From the IMG/VR virus record IMGVR_UViG_3300027790_000038, positions 1-45,343 of that record: 45,343 nucleotides of DNA; one strand, 5' to 3'. Origin of the DNA: a virus. Its lineage: Duplodnaviria; Caudoviricetes. Under the pieces are notes generated by a model that saw only the letters and a list, made by a program, of their open reading frames with translations, was not told where the DNA came from and did no database searches. Of the stretch, positions 34,535-43,189 are shown piece after piece (position 1 is the stretch's first letter; each line of letters starts with the position of its first letter). Position numbers and translations under genes: made by a program.

Positions 34535-34605
34535 TTCTGGCTCGTGCGCGTGCTGACCGGCGCCATCGTGGACATCTGGGACCTCCTCCATCACAGGAAA
34601 GAATC

Positions 34606-35052
34606 ATGATCCGAACCATTCGCATGCCCCTCTCTGTCGTGCCTGTAGGCACCCCCTTCAGCACGCTCCCCTGGAGTGAAAGTTTCCCATACAAGAAGAT
34701 TCAGATGTCCGACGGTGACTCGGAGGGAGTTGTATGGAAGGGGTATGACGTTGTTGATATGAGCGCTCTCCTCCCCGGCGTGGTGATGCGCATGAGGAAT
34801 GACCTGCTCGTCACTGTGGAGTTGGAGGAGCGCCGCGTCAGCGCCCGCCCGCAGCGCACCGAGAGAGTCAAGATGTCCGACCTCGAGTCAGGTGACATGT
34901 TCAACTTCTTGTGGACCGCCTCCCCCGCGGTGTTCGTGGACAACGACGTCGTCCTGGGGTACATCTATGCCCACACCCCGGAGCGGGTGTTCAGGAGCAA
35001 CCTCGATGCGGTCGAGGTCCTCCGTCACCTCCCCGATCGGAGGCGCGCGTAA
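34606..35052 (+). CDS. Hypothetical protein
   Basis: AGGA RBS, 148 aa. Confidence 0.6.
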   Translation: MIRTIRMPLSVVPVGTPFSTLPWSESFPYKKIQMSDGDSEGVVWKGYDVVDMSALLPGVVMRMRNDLLVTVELEERRVSARPQRTERVKMSDLESGDMFNFLWTASPAVFVDNDVVLGYIYAHTPERVFRSNLDAVEVLRHLPDRRRA

Positions 35053-35095
35053 GATGCCCAAAGGTGACAGTGAACCATTACAAGGGGAAGGAGGC

Positions 35096-35254
35096 ATGAT
35101 CATCCGGGGCACACACGACGACGCGACGATCGAGCAGATGCAGCACGTCGCCGCGTCCGCAGCGTACACGGCACTGATGGCCGACGGCCACCCGGGGGTA
35201 CTCCAACCGTTGGTCGTCTGCATGGCGCCCAGCCGCACACGGAGAGGCCGATGA
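35096..35254 (+). pseudogene. rtcB: Internally deleted RtcB RNA ligase remnant (52 aa)
   Basis: MIIRGTHDDATIEQM..VA..A...ALMADGHPG resembles an RtcB N-terminus and is joined to VLQPLVVCMA, resembling an RtcB C-terminus. The AAGGAGG RBS is intact. Confidence 0.7.
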
Positions 35255-36405
35255 AATACGACCACCCCATGATCGCGTCCATGGTCTCCGAAGGCATGAG
35301 CTGGCCGGAGATCGCGGGACGTCTGAACCTTGACCCGAAGCAGGTGCGCCAGGCGCACTGGAAGTGGGCGAAGGCCCGCAAGGACGACACGTCAGTGGAG
35401 ACGCGCGACGGGATGGAGGTGGTCCAGAAATGGCTCCGCACCCCGGAAGGGACGATCCACGTCAAAGCGCCCCGGGGGTTCGACACCGAAGCGAGCACCG
35501 ACGCATTCTTCGCGGACGCACTGGCGCGCTTCGAGGCGCAGCTCCCGCACCGTGAGCCCCCACCGATGCGCGCACCCGCCACCACCGGGCTCGCTGTCCT
35601 GTCCATCTACGATGCGCACTTCGGCATGCGAGCTGATCGGGCGGAGACGGGGACCGCCAGCCAGGACCTCAACATCATCTCGGAGGAGTTCAAGGCATGT
35701 GCCGATGGCTTGGTTGGTTTGTCCCGCATCTACGACCCGTCGAAGTTCCTGATCCCCCTGGGCCACGACTTCTCCCACGTGAACCAGTACGTCGGCAAGG
35801 TGATGACGACGCGCAACGGGACCGAGCAGGACGTGGACACACGGCTCTGGAAGATCCACCGCGCGGTCTGTGACGCTGCGGTATACCTGATCGACGCCGC
35901 GCGGGCCACAGGCCGGCCCGTGGACGTCATCATGGTGCCCGGTAACCACGACCCCGACGAGAACTTCAAACTCGGCGAGTACCTGCAGGCCTGGTACCGG
36001 CACGACGATCGGGTCGTGATCACGAACACGCCGACCATGCACAAGTTCTACTCGTTCTACAGCAACGCCTTCATGCTCACCCACGGTGAGCACTACATGA
36101 AGAAGAACGCCGCGGGGAACCCGATCCTGACGTTCGCTGCGGAGTGCCCGCCGGAGATATGGGTCCGGGGCCACCACGGTGGTCGGTGGATCCTGTCCGG
36201 ACACCTGCACGCTCGCCGGAAAGGACACTACACTCCGACGTCGGACATGATGGAGGAGAAAGGGGTTGTGACGTACGTCCTGCCCGGCCTCACCGCCACC
36301 GATGACTGGCACTACCGCAGTGGGTACCGCCACAAGCGCGCGGCGACCCTGCAGATGTTCTCCGCCCAGGGGAACCTCCTGGGACTCCATGAGGTATCCC
36401 CGTGA
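35251..36405 (+). CDS. Calcineurin-like metallophosphoesterase with N-terminal HTH
   Basis: DAHFG, LGHDFSH, PGNHD, THGE and SGHLH motifs. N-terminal GMSWPEIAGRLNL. Confidence 0.85.
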   Translation: MKYDHPMIASMVSEGMSWPEIAGRLNLDPKQVRQAHWKWAKARKDDTSVETRDGMEVVQKWLRTPEGTIHVKAPRGFDTEASTDAFFADALARFEAQLPHREPPPMRAPATTGLAVLSIYDAHFGMRADRAETGTASQDLNIISEEFKACADGLVGLSRIYDPSKFLIPLGHDFSHVNQYVGKVMTTRNGTEQDVDTRLWKIHRAVCDAAVYLIDAARATGRPVDVIMVPGNHDPDENFKLGEYLQAWYRHDDRVVITNTPTMHKFYSFYSNAFMLTHGEHYMKKNAAGNPILTFAAECPPEIWVRGHHGGRWILSGHLHARRKGHYTPTSDMMEEKGVVTYVLPGLTATDDWHYRSGYRHKRAATLQMFSAQGNLLGLHEVSP

Positions 36406-36596
36406 AGCGGTACGTCCCCCACTGCACGGAAGGGTGTAAGGTCGCCGGCTGCGACCGGCCCCATTCCGCTCGAGGGTACTGTGCAGGGCACTACGCACGG
36501 TGCCACCGTGGTGTGAGTGTAGGTGGCCCGATCGGCGCTCGACGCGGGCGCCAACCCGGACTGAAACCCCGTTTGAAAACCCCAACCAGAGTCTGA
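36402..36596 (+). CDS. Small Cys/His zinc-binding protein
   Basis: CKVAGCDRPHSARGYCAGHYAR. GTGA-coupled. Confidence 0.6.
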   Translation: MKRYVPHCTEGCKVAGCDRPHSARGYCAGHYARCHRGVSVGGPIGARRGRQPGLKPRLKTPTRV

Positions 36597-36601
36597 GACC
36601 C

Positions 36602-36898
36602 ATGCTGCGGATCCGACAGAAGCTCACGTACATCCTGCTCTCCATCGTTCTCCGTGTCGCGCCAGGTGGCACCCTCACCGCGCTGTCGGAGAGCTACCTG
36701 CGGGATCAGGGGTACACCATCCTGAACCCCGGGGCGACACAGGCCACGATGTCCATGGTGTCCTTCACGCGCGACCGCCTCCGTAAGCTGGGAGGGGGGA
36801 ACGTGTCCAAGCTGCGGGACCCACGCAAATCGCTGATGCGGGCCGCGGCCAACTTCGAGCGCCAGCTACGTAAGGCGCAGGAGGGCACCATTTCGTGA
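36602..36898 (+). CDS. Hypothetical protein
   Basis: ATG 5 nt after the previous stop. Coupled to the next gene. Confidence 0.6.
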   Translation: MLRIRQKLTYILLSIVLRVAPGGTLTALSESYLRDQGYTILNPGATQATMSMVSFTRDRLRKLGGGNVSKLRDPRKSLMRAAANFERQLRKAQEGTIS

Positions 36899-37305
36899 TC
36901 CTGATCCACCTGGATCCCTCGGAAGAGGATGTGGGGGCTCTGGCCCCCCTTCTACTTCGCCTCACCAGCAAGGTCGCTCGCGCATACCCAGATCCACGGG
37001 GCACAGCGACGAAAGCGTACGTCACGCTCCGCCGCCTTGTTGAGAAAGCCGCGGTGGGTCGGGGCTTCGAGATGGTCATCTCCGGTGACGCCGCTGAGCA
37101 CACGCTGCTTGAGATGGCGGAGTTCGCCCAGGAGCGCGCCTGGCTCAGTTCTTTCCCCCCGTACCTCTACGATGCAATCACCACCGCCATACAGGCCCAA
37201 AGGAAAGAGAGCCGTGAACGAGAAAGAGCTAAGCGCCGCGAGATTGCACGCCGAGGTACGCCGTCGATACGGGAGTCCTACGGAATTCGTCGCCGCGGTC
37301 AGTGA
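36895..37305 (+). CDS. Hypothetical protein
   Basis: GGAGG RBS and GTGA-coupled. Confidence 0.55.
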   Translation: MILIHLDPSEEDVGALAPLLLRLTSKVARAYPDPRGTATKAYVTLRRLVEKAAVGRGFEMVISGDAAEHTLLEMAEFAQERAWLSSFPPYLYDAITTAIQAQRKESRERERAKRREIARRGTPSIRESYGIRRRGQ

Positions 37306-37468
37306 ACAGCTCGAGCAGCACGGCATCACTCAGGCCGACCTCGCGCTCGTGGCGGGGTACGATCGGTGGATCCTCAACCGGTGGCTGCGGGAGCGCGTCA
37401 CGATCCCTCTCCATGCCATGCTGATCGTGGACGAGGCGCTTGAGCGTCTGGTCGAGGCGGAAGGATGA
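37214..37468 (+). CDS. XRE/Cro-like helix-turn-helix protein
   Basis: LEQHGITQADLALVAGYDRWILNRWLRER. GTG at 37214. Confidence 0.72.
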   Translation: MNEKELSAARLHAEVRRRYGSPTEFVAAVSEQLEQHGITQADLALVAGYDRWILNRWLRERVTIPLHAMLIVDEALERLVEAEG

Positions 37469-37656
37469 CCCATTACGATTTCTACTGCCGGAAGCACGAC
37501 GTGAAGGTCGGTACGTGCCGGTGCAGGGCTACAGACAAGGCACGCAAGGACGTGGACTGCCCCGGCCTGACGTGCCCCGGCTACCTGGACCAGCCGCTGA
37601 CGGAAGCAGATCGTGATGCCTTCGGGTTCAAGAGGGACGACAGTGAAACCGAGTAG
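37465..37656 (+). CDS. Small Cys-rich zinc-ribbon protein
   Basis: YDFYCRKH...CRC...CPGLTCPG. ATGA-coupled. Confidence 0.55.
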   Translation: MTHYDFYCRKHDVKVGTCRCRATDKARKDVDCPGLTCPGYLDQPLTEADRDAFGFKRDDSETE

Positions 37657-38005
37657 CGCCAAGGCCAAGGGGCGCCGGATGCAGCAATGGGTCTGCTCGC
37701 AGATCCTGAAGCGTTTCCCCACCCTGGAGCTGGATGATGTGCAGTCCCGCAGCATGGGCGCCAGCGGAGAAGATGTCATGCTCTCCCCTGCCGCTCGCCG
37801 CCTGCTTCCAGTGTCGATCGAAGCGAAGAACCAGGAGTCTCTGTCGATCTGGAAATCCATGAGGCAGGCCGAAGAGAACGCGGGAGCATACACTCCCGTG
37901 CTCTTCTTCAAACGGAACCGCAGCAGGGAGTACGCTTGTCTTCCCGCGCAGGACCTGTTAGATCTGTACGCCGAGCTACATCAACACCACCTCGAAACGA
38001 GCTGA
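37643..38005 (+). CDS. Holliday junction resolvase, PD-(D/E)XK fold
   Basis: SAKAKGRRMQQWV...SRSMGASGEDV...SIEAKNQE...QAE.N...P.LFFKRNR. Confidence 0.85.
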   Translation: MKPSSAKAKGRRMQQWVCSQILKRFPTLELDDVQSRSMGASGEDVMLSPAARRLLPVSIEAKNQESLSIWKSMRQAEENAGAYTPVLFFKRNRSREYACLPAQDLLDLYAELHQHHLETS

Positions 38006-38011
38006 GCACCT

Positions 38012-38407
38012 ATGTATGTCAAATGGAAGGACCGGAAAGAGGTCGACACCCTTGTGGGGTTGACCCTCGAATCTATCGAAGGGATGAACACCGCATCCGA
38101 TCAGGTCGTGTTCAAGACCACCTGTGGGCGGACGTTCCTTCTGTACCACGAGCAGGATTGTTGTGAGCGTGTGGATCTGGTGGATGTCGCAGGGGATCCT
38201 GAGGATCTGATCGGCACACCTATCACGGTGGCGCGGTTGGACGAGAATGCGGAGGGTCCTCCTTTCGATGATGGATACACGCCCGAGTCCTTCACGTGGT
38301 CCTTCTACAACATTGGGACCGTGCGTGGCACCGTTACCCTACGGTGGCTCGGTGAATCCAACGGTTACTACTCTGAGTCCGTCGATTTTGGTGAGGTGAC
38401 ATCATGA
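38012..38407 (+). CDS. Conserved phage protein (HxQDCCE / SNGYYS family)
   Basis: LYHEQDCCERV...TWSFY.I.T.RG.VTLRWLGESNGYYSESV. Confidence 0.8.
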   Translation: MYVKWKDRKEVDTLVGLTLESIEGMNTASDQVVFKTTCGRTFLLYHEQDCCERVDLVDVAGDPEDLIGTPITVARLDENAEGPPFDDGYTPESFTWSFYNIGTVRGTVTLRWLGESNGYYSESVDFGEVTS

Positions 38408-38583
38408 ACGACCCCGTGATTCGCCAGCAGGAAATTGACCGTCTCCTCGATCGTATCGAGAAGACCGACAACCTCGAACGCGCAAAGAACTACGCCCGCC
38501 AGATCATGCAGATCCGTGACATGGACAGGCGAGAACTCGCCTCTCTGGTTGACTCCTATGAGGAAGAAATAGCGTCGTCATGA
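38404..38583 (+). CDS. Small helical protein (59 aa, absent from the ORF track)
   Basis: MNDPVIRQQEIDRLLDRIE..., ATGA-coupled at both ends, GAGGTG RBS. Confidence 0.65.
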   Translation: MNDPVIRQQEIDRLLDRIEKTDNLERAKNYARQIMQIRDMDRRELASLVDSYEEEIASS

Positions 38584-39827
38584 AGTTGTTCCCTCACCAG
38601 ATCGAAGGGGTGCGGTTCCTCGCCCAGCGCCGTCGCGCGTATCTTGCGGACGATATGGGTCTCGGTAAGTCCGCACAGGCGCTCTGCGCCGCGGAGCGTG
38701 TGGGCGCGCAGTCCATTCTGGTCATCGCGCCGGCGTCGCTGCTCCCGAACTGGCAACACGAGTTCGATCTGTGGGGTCCGCGGTCGTGCCACACCTTCAC
38801 CACCGTCTCCTACACGAACCAGCGCGTGCTGGAGTCAGCGGGGCATTTCTCTTGGGACGTGGTGATCCTCGATGAGGCGCACTACTGCAAGAACCCCAAT
38901 GCCAAACGCACACGTGCGGCGTTGGCGATCGCCGCCGACGCCAAGTACGCGTGGCTGCTCAGTGGTACCCCGATGCCGAACCACCCGGGCGAGCTGTACG
39001 CGCCCATGGCGGCACTCTGGCCGGAGGTGTGTGCGAACCTCGAACTGGAAACGTACGACGCGTGGGTCCAGCACTTCTGCCGGTACCGTATGGTCCAGTT
39101 CGGACGGGGCCGACCACAGCGCAAGATCTACGGTCACAAGAACCTCGATGACCTGAAACCCTACATGCCCGCGCTCCTCCTACGCCGTCGGCTCGCCGAC
39201 ATCGCGCTCGAACTACCACCCCTGCGGATCCACCTGTCACGGTTGGAGGCAGACGCGGGATTGGACCGCGCGTTGGCTGCGACGGGTGTGGACGTCGCGG
39301 CGCTGATCCAGGTGATTGAGCACGCCGAACTGAGGGAGGCGACAAGCCAGCTCCGTCGGCTGCTGGGTGAGTACAAGGCGCCCCGGATCGCGGAGCAGAT
39401 CAGCCGTGAGCTGACGGACCACGCGTACCGGAAGATCGTGGTGCTCGCGTACCATCACAGCGTCCTCGACACGCTCAAGGAAGGCCTCAAGGGCCACGGT
39501 GTCGTCGGCTTCCGGGGTGGCGACAGTGGGGACTACAGGCAGGACCAGGTTGATCGGTTCAACACTGACCCGACGAAACGTGTCTTCCTTGCCCAACAGA
39601 CTGCCGCGGGGGTGGGGCTGAACCTCCAGGCAGCATCCGAGATCGTCCTGGTGGAACCCGCCTGGTCCCCGGACGACAACGCACAGGCAATCAAGCGCAT
39701 CCACCGCATCGGGCAGGACGCCCCGTGCCGGGCGCGCATCTTCACTGTGGCCGGCTCGATGGACGAGGCGGTCATGAAGACTCTTCAACGCAAGCTGCAG
39801 ACGCAGCGATCACTCGGTCTGAAATAG
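38580..39827 (+). CDS. SNF2-family helicase
   Basis: LADDMGLGKS, DEAH, LSGTPMPN, AAGVGLNLQAA and QAIKRIHRIGQ. Confidence 0.93.
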   Translation: MKLFPHQIEGVRFLAQRRRAYLADDMGLGKSAQALCAAERVGAQSILVIAPASLLPNWQHEFDLWGPRSCHTFTTVSYTNQRVLESAGHFSWDVVILDEAHYCKNPNAKRTRAALAIAADAKYAWLLSGTPMPNHPGELYAPMAALWPEVCANLELETYDAWVQHFCRYRMVQFGRGRPQRKIYGHKNLDDLKPYMPALLLRRRLADIALELPPLRIHLSRLEADAGLDRALAATGVDVAALIQVIEHAELREATSQLRRLLGEYKAPRIAEQISRELTDHAYRKIVVLAYHHSVLDTLKEGLKGHGVVGFRGGDSGDYRQDQVDRFNTDPTKRVFLAQQTAAGVGLNLQAASEIVLVEPAWSPDDNAQAIKRIHRIGQDAPCRARIFTVAGSMDEAVMKTLQRKLQTQRSLGLK

Positions 39828-39839
39828 GAGGACCAACCC

Positions 39840-40247
39840 ATGCACCCTACTCCCATTCATGAAGTCCTGTACCGCGTCCAGCGTCGCGAGCTGCAGGTGG
39901 ACGTCGCCGCGGAGCAGATCAACGAGATGTTCACCACCTGCATTGCCGCCCTCCCAGGGGAGGTGGGCGAGTACGCCGAACCTGATCGGAACGAGACGCC
40001 CGAAGACGCGATCGGCGCTGCCGTGACCTCCCCGCCGGTCGGCACCCTGACCAGCTATGCTGGGATGGAGACGAAGCAGACCCGCAGCGACGAGGACCTG
40101 CCGCTCAGCGAGAGCCAGCGTGAGGAGGAAGCGCTCCTCAGGCAGCTCGAAGAGGAAGCCGACGTCGAGCTGGAAGACGAGATGGAACTCGAAGACGCGA
40201 TCATGGAAGCCGGTGTTGGGCGGGACGAGCCCGAGGAGCAGAGCTGA
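39840..40247 (+). CDS. Acidic hypothetical protein
   Basis: AGGAGG RBS and a strongly Glu-rich C-terminus. Confidence 0.7.
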   Translation: MHPTPIHEVLYRVQRRELQVDVAAEQINEMFTTCIAALPGEVGEYAEPDRNETPEDAIGAAVTSPPVGTLTSYAGMETKQTRSDEDLPLSESQREEEALLRQLEEEADVELEDEMELEDAIMEAGVGRDEPEEQS

Positions 40248-40810
40248 TGTTATTCAACCCCGACCAGCAGGTCCGCGATCTCGCCGTCCTGCTTTCGACA
40301 GTACCCCGATGGGGTGGCCGCACGTTGGTCCCCTTCTCCGTTCTGCAGCACTCGATCGTGTGTGGACGACTGGCCAGTAAGGCCGACCGCTCCCCCATCG
40401 AGCAGCTCGCGTGCTATCTGCACGATGCCGAGGAGGGGGTCATCGGTGCGGACGTCGCACGGCCCCACAAGACCGACGCGCAGGCCGAGTATGAACTCGA
40501 GATGCGCCGGCAGATCTACCGGGAGATGAAGATCCCGTATCCCGACGAGAACATGGCCGATTTCGTCAAGATCATCGACGACTTCGAGGCACTCGCCGAA
40601 TCGGAGATCCTGCTCCCACCCATGGAACGGATCCGGGTGCTCGATGCCCACGAAGGGGACACCCCTGACATGGACGATGTGTTCACCGCTGCGGAGATCG
40701 TCTGGGGCGTCGCGCAGCTGACCCGCAACGAGGCGGTCCTGGCCTTCCACACGGAGGTCTCGGACCTCCTCAACGAGCGCAGCGTGAAGACGCTGAGGCA
40801 GAGGCTCTGA
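40247..40810 (+). CDS. HD-domain phosphohydrolase (YfbR-like deoxynucleotidase)
   Basis: RWGG...FSVLQHS...YLHDAEE...DV.RP.K...VK..D..ALAE. Confidence 0.82.
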   Translation: MLFNPDQQVRDLAVLLSTVPRWGGRTLVPFSVLQHSIVCGRLASKADRSPIEQLACYLHDAEEGVIGADVARPHKTDAQAEYELEMRRQIYREMKIPYPDENMADFVKIIDDFEALAESEILLPPMERIRVLDAHEGDTPDMDDVFTAAEIVWGVAQLTRNEAVLAFHTEVSDLLNERSVKTLRQRL

Positions 40811-40812
40811 TC

Positions 40813-40956
40813 ATGAAAACGACAGTACGACGTAACGTCACCATCGAGTTCGAAACCTGCGATGACAGCGTATGTTGTGGGGAGTGTGCGTCCATCCCGG
40901 ATGTCGCCAAGGCGCTCAAGACACTGGCCGCGGAAGCGAAGGAGGAAGGTCTCTGA
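40813..40956 (+). CDS. Small Cys-containing protein (47 aa, absent from the ORF track)
   Basis: MKTTVRRNVTIEFETCDDSVCCGEC... fills the gap exactly and is TGATG-coupled to the next gene. Confidence 0.5.
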   Translation: MKTTVRRNVTIEFETCDDSVCCGECASIPDVAKALKTLAAEAKEEGL

Positions 40957-42203
40957 TGCCACCCACCACACACGCGAAGCTCGGTGCGTCCGCCTCCCAC
41001 CGGTGGATGAACTGCCCGGGATCGATCCAGGCCGCCGAGGGCATCGAAGACGAAGGTTCCGACTACGCCCGGGAAGGTACCGCAGCGCACGAGGTGGGCG
41101 AGCGGTGCCTGCGGCACGGCACTGACGCGATCGCATACCTGGACACGGTGATCGCCGTCGAGGATGAGCAAGGGACCCACCACTTCACCGTCACGGAAGA
41201 GATGTGCGAGGCGGTGCAGGTATACGTGGACCACATCCGCCGGCGCATCGACGAGATGGGTGACCACGAGGTCACCATGTTCGTGGAACACCAGTTCGAC
41301 CTCACACCGCTCAACCCCCCAGGGCCGATGTATGGCACGAGCGACTGCACACTCTGGTGTGAGGCTACCCGCCACCTCGATGTGAACGACTACAAGCACG
41401 GCGCGGGGGTGGCGGTGGACGCCACGGAGAACTCGCAGCTCATGATGTACGCGCTTGGCGCGGTCGTCGAACTGGGCAAGCGCCCTGAAACGATCCGGGT
41501 GACGATCACCCAGCCCCGGGGTCACCATCCGGCAGGGATCATCCGCAGCTACGATTTCACCTGGGACGAACTGATCGCATTCAAGCAGGAACTTTTCGAT
41601 CGTGCCCGGGATACCGAGAAGCCCGACGCGCCACGCGTGGCGGGTGACTGGTGCCGGTTCTGCGCTGCAGCTCCTACGTGCCCCGCGAAACGGGCACAGG
41701 CGGTGGCAGTGGCGCAGCAGGCGTTCGATGTGGTTGAGCCCCCGGACGCTGCGGGTACGCTGCCCGTCGTCGAGGAGATCACCGACGAGCAGCTCAGCTT
41801 CATCCTGCAGAACAGCGGGCAGGTGATGGACTGGCTCCGGTCCGTTGAGGCGCATGTGATGCGCCGACTCGAGCGGGGTGAGGAGTTCCCTGGGTACAAG
41901 CTGGTCGAGGGACGAAGCAACCGCCGCTGGAAGGACCCTGAGGCGGTGGACAAATACCTGCGCGGACGTGGCCTGAAGAAAGGCGAGCGTTTCAAGATGA
42001 AGCTGCTCTCGCCCGCGCAGGCGGAGAAGGCCCTGAAGGCGACGGATGGGCCACCTCTCCCGGAGAAGTTCTGGGAGAAGCCCACGGGCAAGCTGAAGTT
42101 GGCGCCCGAGGGAGATTCGCGACCCGCGATCGCGCGGGGCGCACAAGATGTCTTCGGCGTGGTGCCGCAAGATGAAACAGAGAACGAGGAGAACGCGCAA
42201 TGA
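40956..42203 (+). CDS. DUF2800 Cas4-like PD-(D/E)XK exonuclease
   Basis: HAKLGASASHRWMNCPGS, EGTAAHE, GTSD...DYKHG.GV.V.A.ENSQLM.YALG, WCRFC.A...CP and GYKLVEGRSNRRW. Confidence 0.92.
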   Translation: MPPTTHAKLGASASHRWMNCPGSIQAAEGIEDEGSDYAREGTAAHEVGERCLRHGTDAIAYLDTVIAVEDEQGTHHFTVTEEMCEAVQVYVDHIRRRIDEMGDHEVTMFVEHQFDLTPLNPPGPMYGTSDCTLWCEATRHLDVNDYKHGAGVAVDATENSQLMMYALGAVVELGKRPETIRVTITQPRGHHPAGIIRSYDFTWDELIAFKQELFDRARDTEKPDAPRVAGDWCRFCAAAPTCPAKRAQAVAVAQQAFDVVEPPDAAGTLPVVEEITDEQLSFILQNSGQVMDWLRSVEAHVMRRLERGEEFPGYKLVEGRSNRRWKDPEAVDKYLRGRGLKKGERFKMKLLSPAQAEKALKATDGPPLPEKFWEKPTGKLKLAPEGDSRPAIARGAQDVFGVVPQDETENEENAQ

Positions 42204-42814
42204 GCGACACCCAGACCAAAGGACTGGTCACCCCTGAGGCGATCCTGTCCTACCCCAACCTCTTCACCCCCGTGGCGGTGAACCAGGGCGACGAACCGAA
42301 GTACTCGGTCAGTCTGATCTTCACGGAAGAGGCGCAGCAGACGGAAGAGTACGCGGCACTCAAGGCCGCGGCGCTCGCGGTCGCCCGGGAGAAGTGGGGC
42401 GACAAGCTGCCCGCGATGCTGAAAGCGGGCAAGCTGCGGATGCCTTTCCGCGACGACTGGGAGGAGAAGGGCTACCCGGAGAACAGCACGTTCATCGGCG
42501 CCCGCAGCAAGAACGCACCGGGCATCGTCGCCTGGAACCTCGAGACGATCACGGACGAGAAGGAGATGTACCCGGGCGCCATCGTCCGTGGCCACATCAG
42601 CGCGTTCGCGTACGACGTCAACGGGAACCGCGGCGTCAGCTTCGGGCTGGACAACGTCCAGAAGCTCCGGGACGGTGAGCGTCTCGATGGACGCATCGCG
42701 GTGAAGAACGCCTTCACCGCAGCGGAGCCGCCGGCAGCGCTCGACTTCGACGACATCGATCAGTCGGAGACGCAGGGCGCCGACACGACGGACGAGCTGG
42801 CTGGCCTGATCTAG
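42200..42814 (+). CDS. DUF2815 ssDNA-binding protein (T7 gp2.5-like)
   Basis: LSYPNLF.P...KYSVSLI and FAYDVNGNRGVSFGLDNVQKLRDGERL, with an acidic tail. Confidence 0.92.
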   Translation: MSDTQTKGLVTPEAILSYPNLFTPVAVNQGDEPKYSVSLIFTEEAQQTEEYAALKAAALAVAREKWGDKLPAMLKAGKLRMPFRDDWEEKGYPENSTFIGARSKNAPGIVAWNLETITDEKEMYPGAIVRGHISAFAYDVNGNRGVSFGLDNVQKLRDGERLDGRIAVKNAFTAAEPPAALDFDDIDQSETQGADTTDELAGLI

Positions 42815-42881
42815 GGTCGGCATGGGTCTGGGGACCGGCTCCCCGGTTAAATGGTCAGTGCAGCGGCGGCCAGCCCACTTC

Positions 42882-42976
42882 GCGAGTGTAGCTCAGAGGG
42901 GTCGCTCCCCCATTCAGGTAGAGCACCTCCGGGTAGCCCCCGGAGGAGGTTGTGGGTTCGAGTCCCACCACTCGCT
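42882..42976 (+). ncRNA. Atypical tRNA-like RNA
   Basis: Acceptor stem GCGAGTG/CACTCGC, D stem GCTC/GAGC, T arm GTGGG-TTCGAGT-CCCAC and variable region AGGTT. The D loop is 26 nt, the anticodon stem is 8 bp with a 5-nt loop, and no CCA is encoded. Confidence 0.8.
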
Positions 42977-42997
42977 TTCCTCCAACTCCACGATGCC

Positions 42998-43189
42998 ATG
43001 ACCGCACCAGAGATGTTCGGCACGGACCCCACCGATGTGTTCTACATGATCGTCGGCACCCGGCTCGTGATGCTCGCCTTCACCTTCCCCCACGCACCCA
43101 AGACGCTCGGCCCCTGCTGCCTTCCCTACCAGGACAAGGACCAGTGGCGGGTTGAGGTCTGCGCGGAACACGCTCGGATGCTCTCATGA
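42998..43189 (+). CDS. Hypothetical protein
   Basis: Its stop overlaps the polymerase ATG (ATGA). No clear RBS. Confidence 0.45.
   Translation: MTAPEMFGTDPTDVFYMIVGTRLVMLAFTFPHAPKTLGPCCLPYQDKDQWRVEVCAEHARMLS

Noticed and set aside
37214-37468. HTH gene as a lysogeny repressor implying a temperate phage
   Set aside because: It lies mid-operon with no divergent cI/cro arrangement or peptidase domain. No integrase or partition genes are visible.
40956-42203. Cas4-like nuclease as evidence of a CRISPR system
   Set aside because: This is the DUF2800 member of the usual DUF2800-DUF2815-PolA-SNF2 phage replication module. No array was seen.
42882-42976. Calling the element a functional tRNA (for example anticodon AGC or a TAG-related suppressor)
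   Set aside because: The anticodon arm geometry is non-canonical (7-8-bp stem, no purine at position 37), so no anticodon can be assigned.
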